From: Podarcis liolepis
Lineage: Eukaryota
NCBI GenBank assembly: GCA_965112155.1
Contig: OZ218102.1
Length of the DNA stretch: 64,000 nucleotides
Reading direction: 5' to 3' (one strand)
Shown here: one piece after another, positions 62,801 through 64,000 of the stretch
How the letters are laid out: every line of letters starts with the position of its first letter
Numbering within the stretch: position 1 is the first letter of the stretch
The notes under the pieces: model-generated
What the model was told of the DNA's origin: nothing
Databases searched by the model: none
The model's input: only the letters and a program-made list of their open reading frames with translations
Program-made: the position numbers and the translations under genes

Positions 62801-64000
62801 GAAAGGGACAGGAAAATAAAACTGCCAATATTGGGCTGCTATTATGCAACTCTATGGTGCAATGAAACTTGGAGTACCAGGCACTATTCTTGATTAGTAA
62901 AAACCATTACTGGGGCCCTCAACCCAGATAGGCGCCATGTACTCAGGGAGCTCTTATTAAAACCTTTCATTCTACAGCTTTTCCCAGTGCTACTATTTGC
63001 CCCTAAGGGACAATTTTCAGAGTGGTTGCAATAAGGCAATGATCTCTGGCTGAAGAGGGTAACCACCTCTGAGGCAGAAGCTGCTGATGTAACAGCAAAA
63101 TGTAGGCCCTCTTGGAAAAGAAATGGATTCAGTGATGCACATTTGGGCAAGCTGCTTCTAAATATTTGATTAGTTTCTGCATGGAAAAACTAGCTGTATC
63201 ATTGCTTGCTGGATCTAGCTTTTTAGAGCCAGTTGTATTTTGCTTTCAGTATGCTTTTCCTTATCTTTTAGGATTTCATATTTATTTACAACATATGGTC
63301 CAAAAGCCATGAACCATTTATAATAATGTTTCTTATGAATTTTGGTTGAATAATTTAAGGGTGCTGGATTCAGATGTTAAAAACTCAGTGTGTAACACAT
63401 TAGTGAAGTGTGCCATTTTTTTTGCAACCAAAAGCCTCTTATTTATGGCTGCCTTTTGCTATATATGGATTTAGACTCTGGTACATTACTGTCATAGATG
63501 TGCAATGGAACAGCAGTCAGTGCCAATTCAAAGTGACTTTGAACCAAGTTACAATGAGGAAGGGTTGAAGTTTACACAAAAGCCGAGCTTTTTCTATCAT
63601 TTCCAGTCATTCCATTCAAGAAATAATGAGAAAACTGTGTTGTGCCACAAGATTTCTCACCTATTCCTTCCTGAGGAGTGTCACAGAAGAATGAATAGGG
63701 GGAGGAATGGGGAGAAAGAGAAGCAACTGGGGATGCTTCAGAAATTAGTTTTTTTGTTAATTCTGATATGAGCTGTTTGGATCCACACCTCCCAAACTAA
63801 TGTCTGGACTGGAATATAGTCATGCTTTGGATTTCACACTTTCCCAAATCTAAGCATTTCTTTGCACAAAAGGTATTCAATTTGAATATTTCTTTAAAAA
63901 AACACACATTTAGGAATGTGTGTTTCGGGAGAATATGCATATTTGAATACAAAATCCATGCAGTAGGATTCGTGCTCCCTTGCCCTATGTGACCCAAACA

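Overview
Vertebrate genomic DNA, very probably from a squamate (lacertid-like) lizard, judged from the Sauria SINEs, tRNA-Lys/CR1-tail SINEs, a BovB tail, and RTEX, L1, L2, CR1 and Penelope repeats. The only host coding sequence I can support is one 152-bp internal exon of alpha-T-catenin (CTNNA3) on the minus strand (24391-24542). The rest of the window is therefore inferred to be its two flanking giant introns, densely filled with transposon fossils. Four structures stand out. (1) A very young Penelope-like element forms a ~2.4-kb near-perfect palindrome (two apparently identical 1167-bp arms, 59-bp spacer with a 10-mer stutter). Each arm carries a GIY-YIG endonuclease 3' ORF and a hammerhead-ribozyme core, and the whole unit sits in a (TA)n tract inside an L1 fragment that still has its target-site duplication (TSD). 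(2) A second Penelope family copy has a well-formed minimal hammerhead. (3) A frameshifted relic of an XPG/PIN nuclease domain resembles that of Academ DNA transposons. (4) A 1.15-kb non-coding L1-mobilised element with a 15-bp TSD carries adjacent CTCF-like and YY1-like motifs at its 5' end. Most short ORFs in the track are spurious. Family assignments come from remembered motifs, not from database searches.
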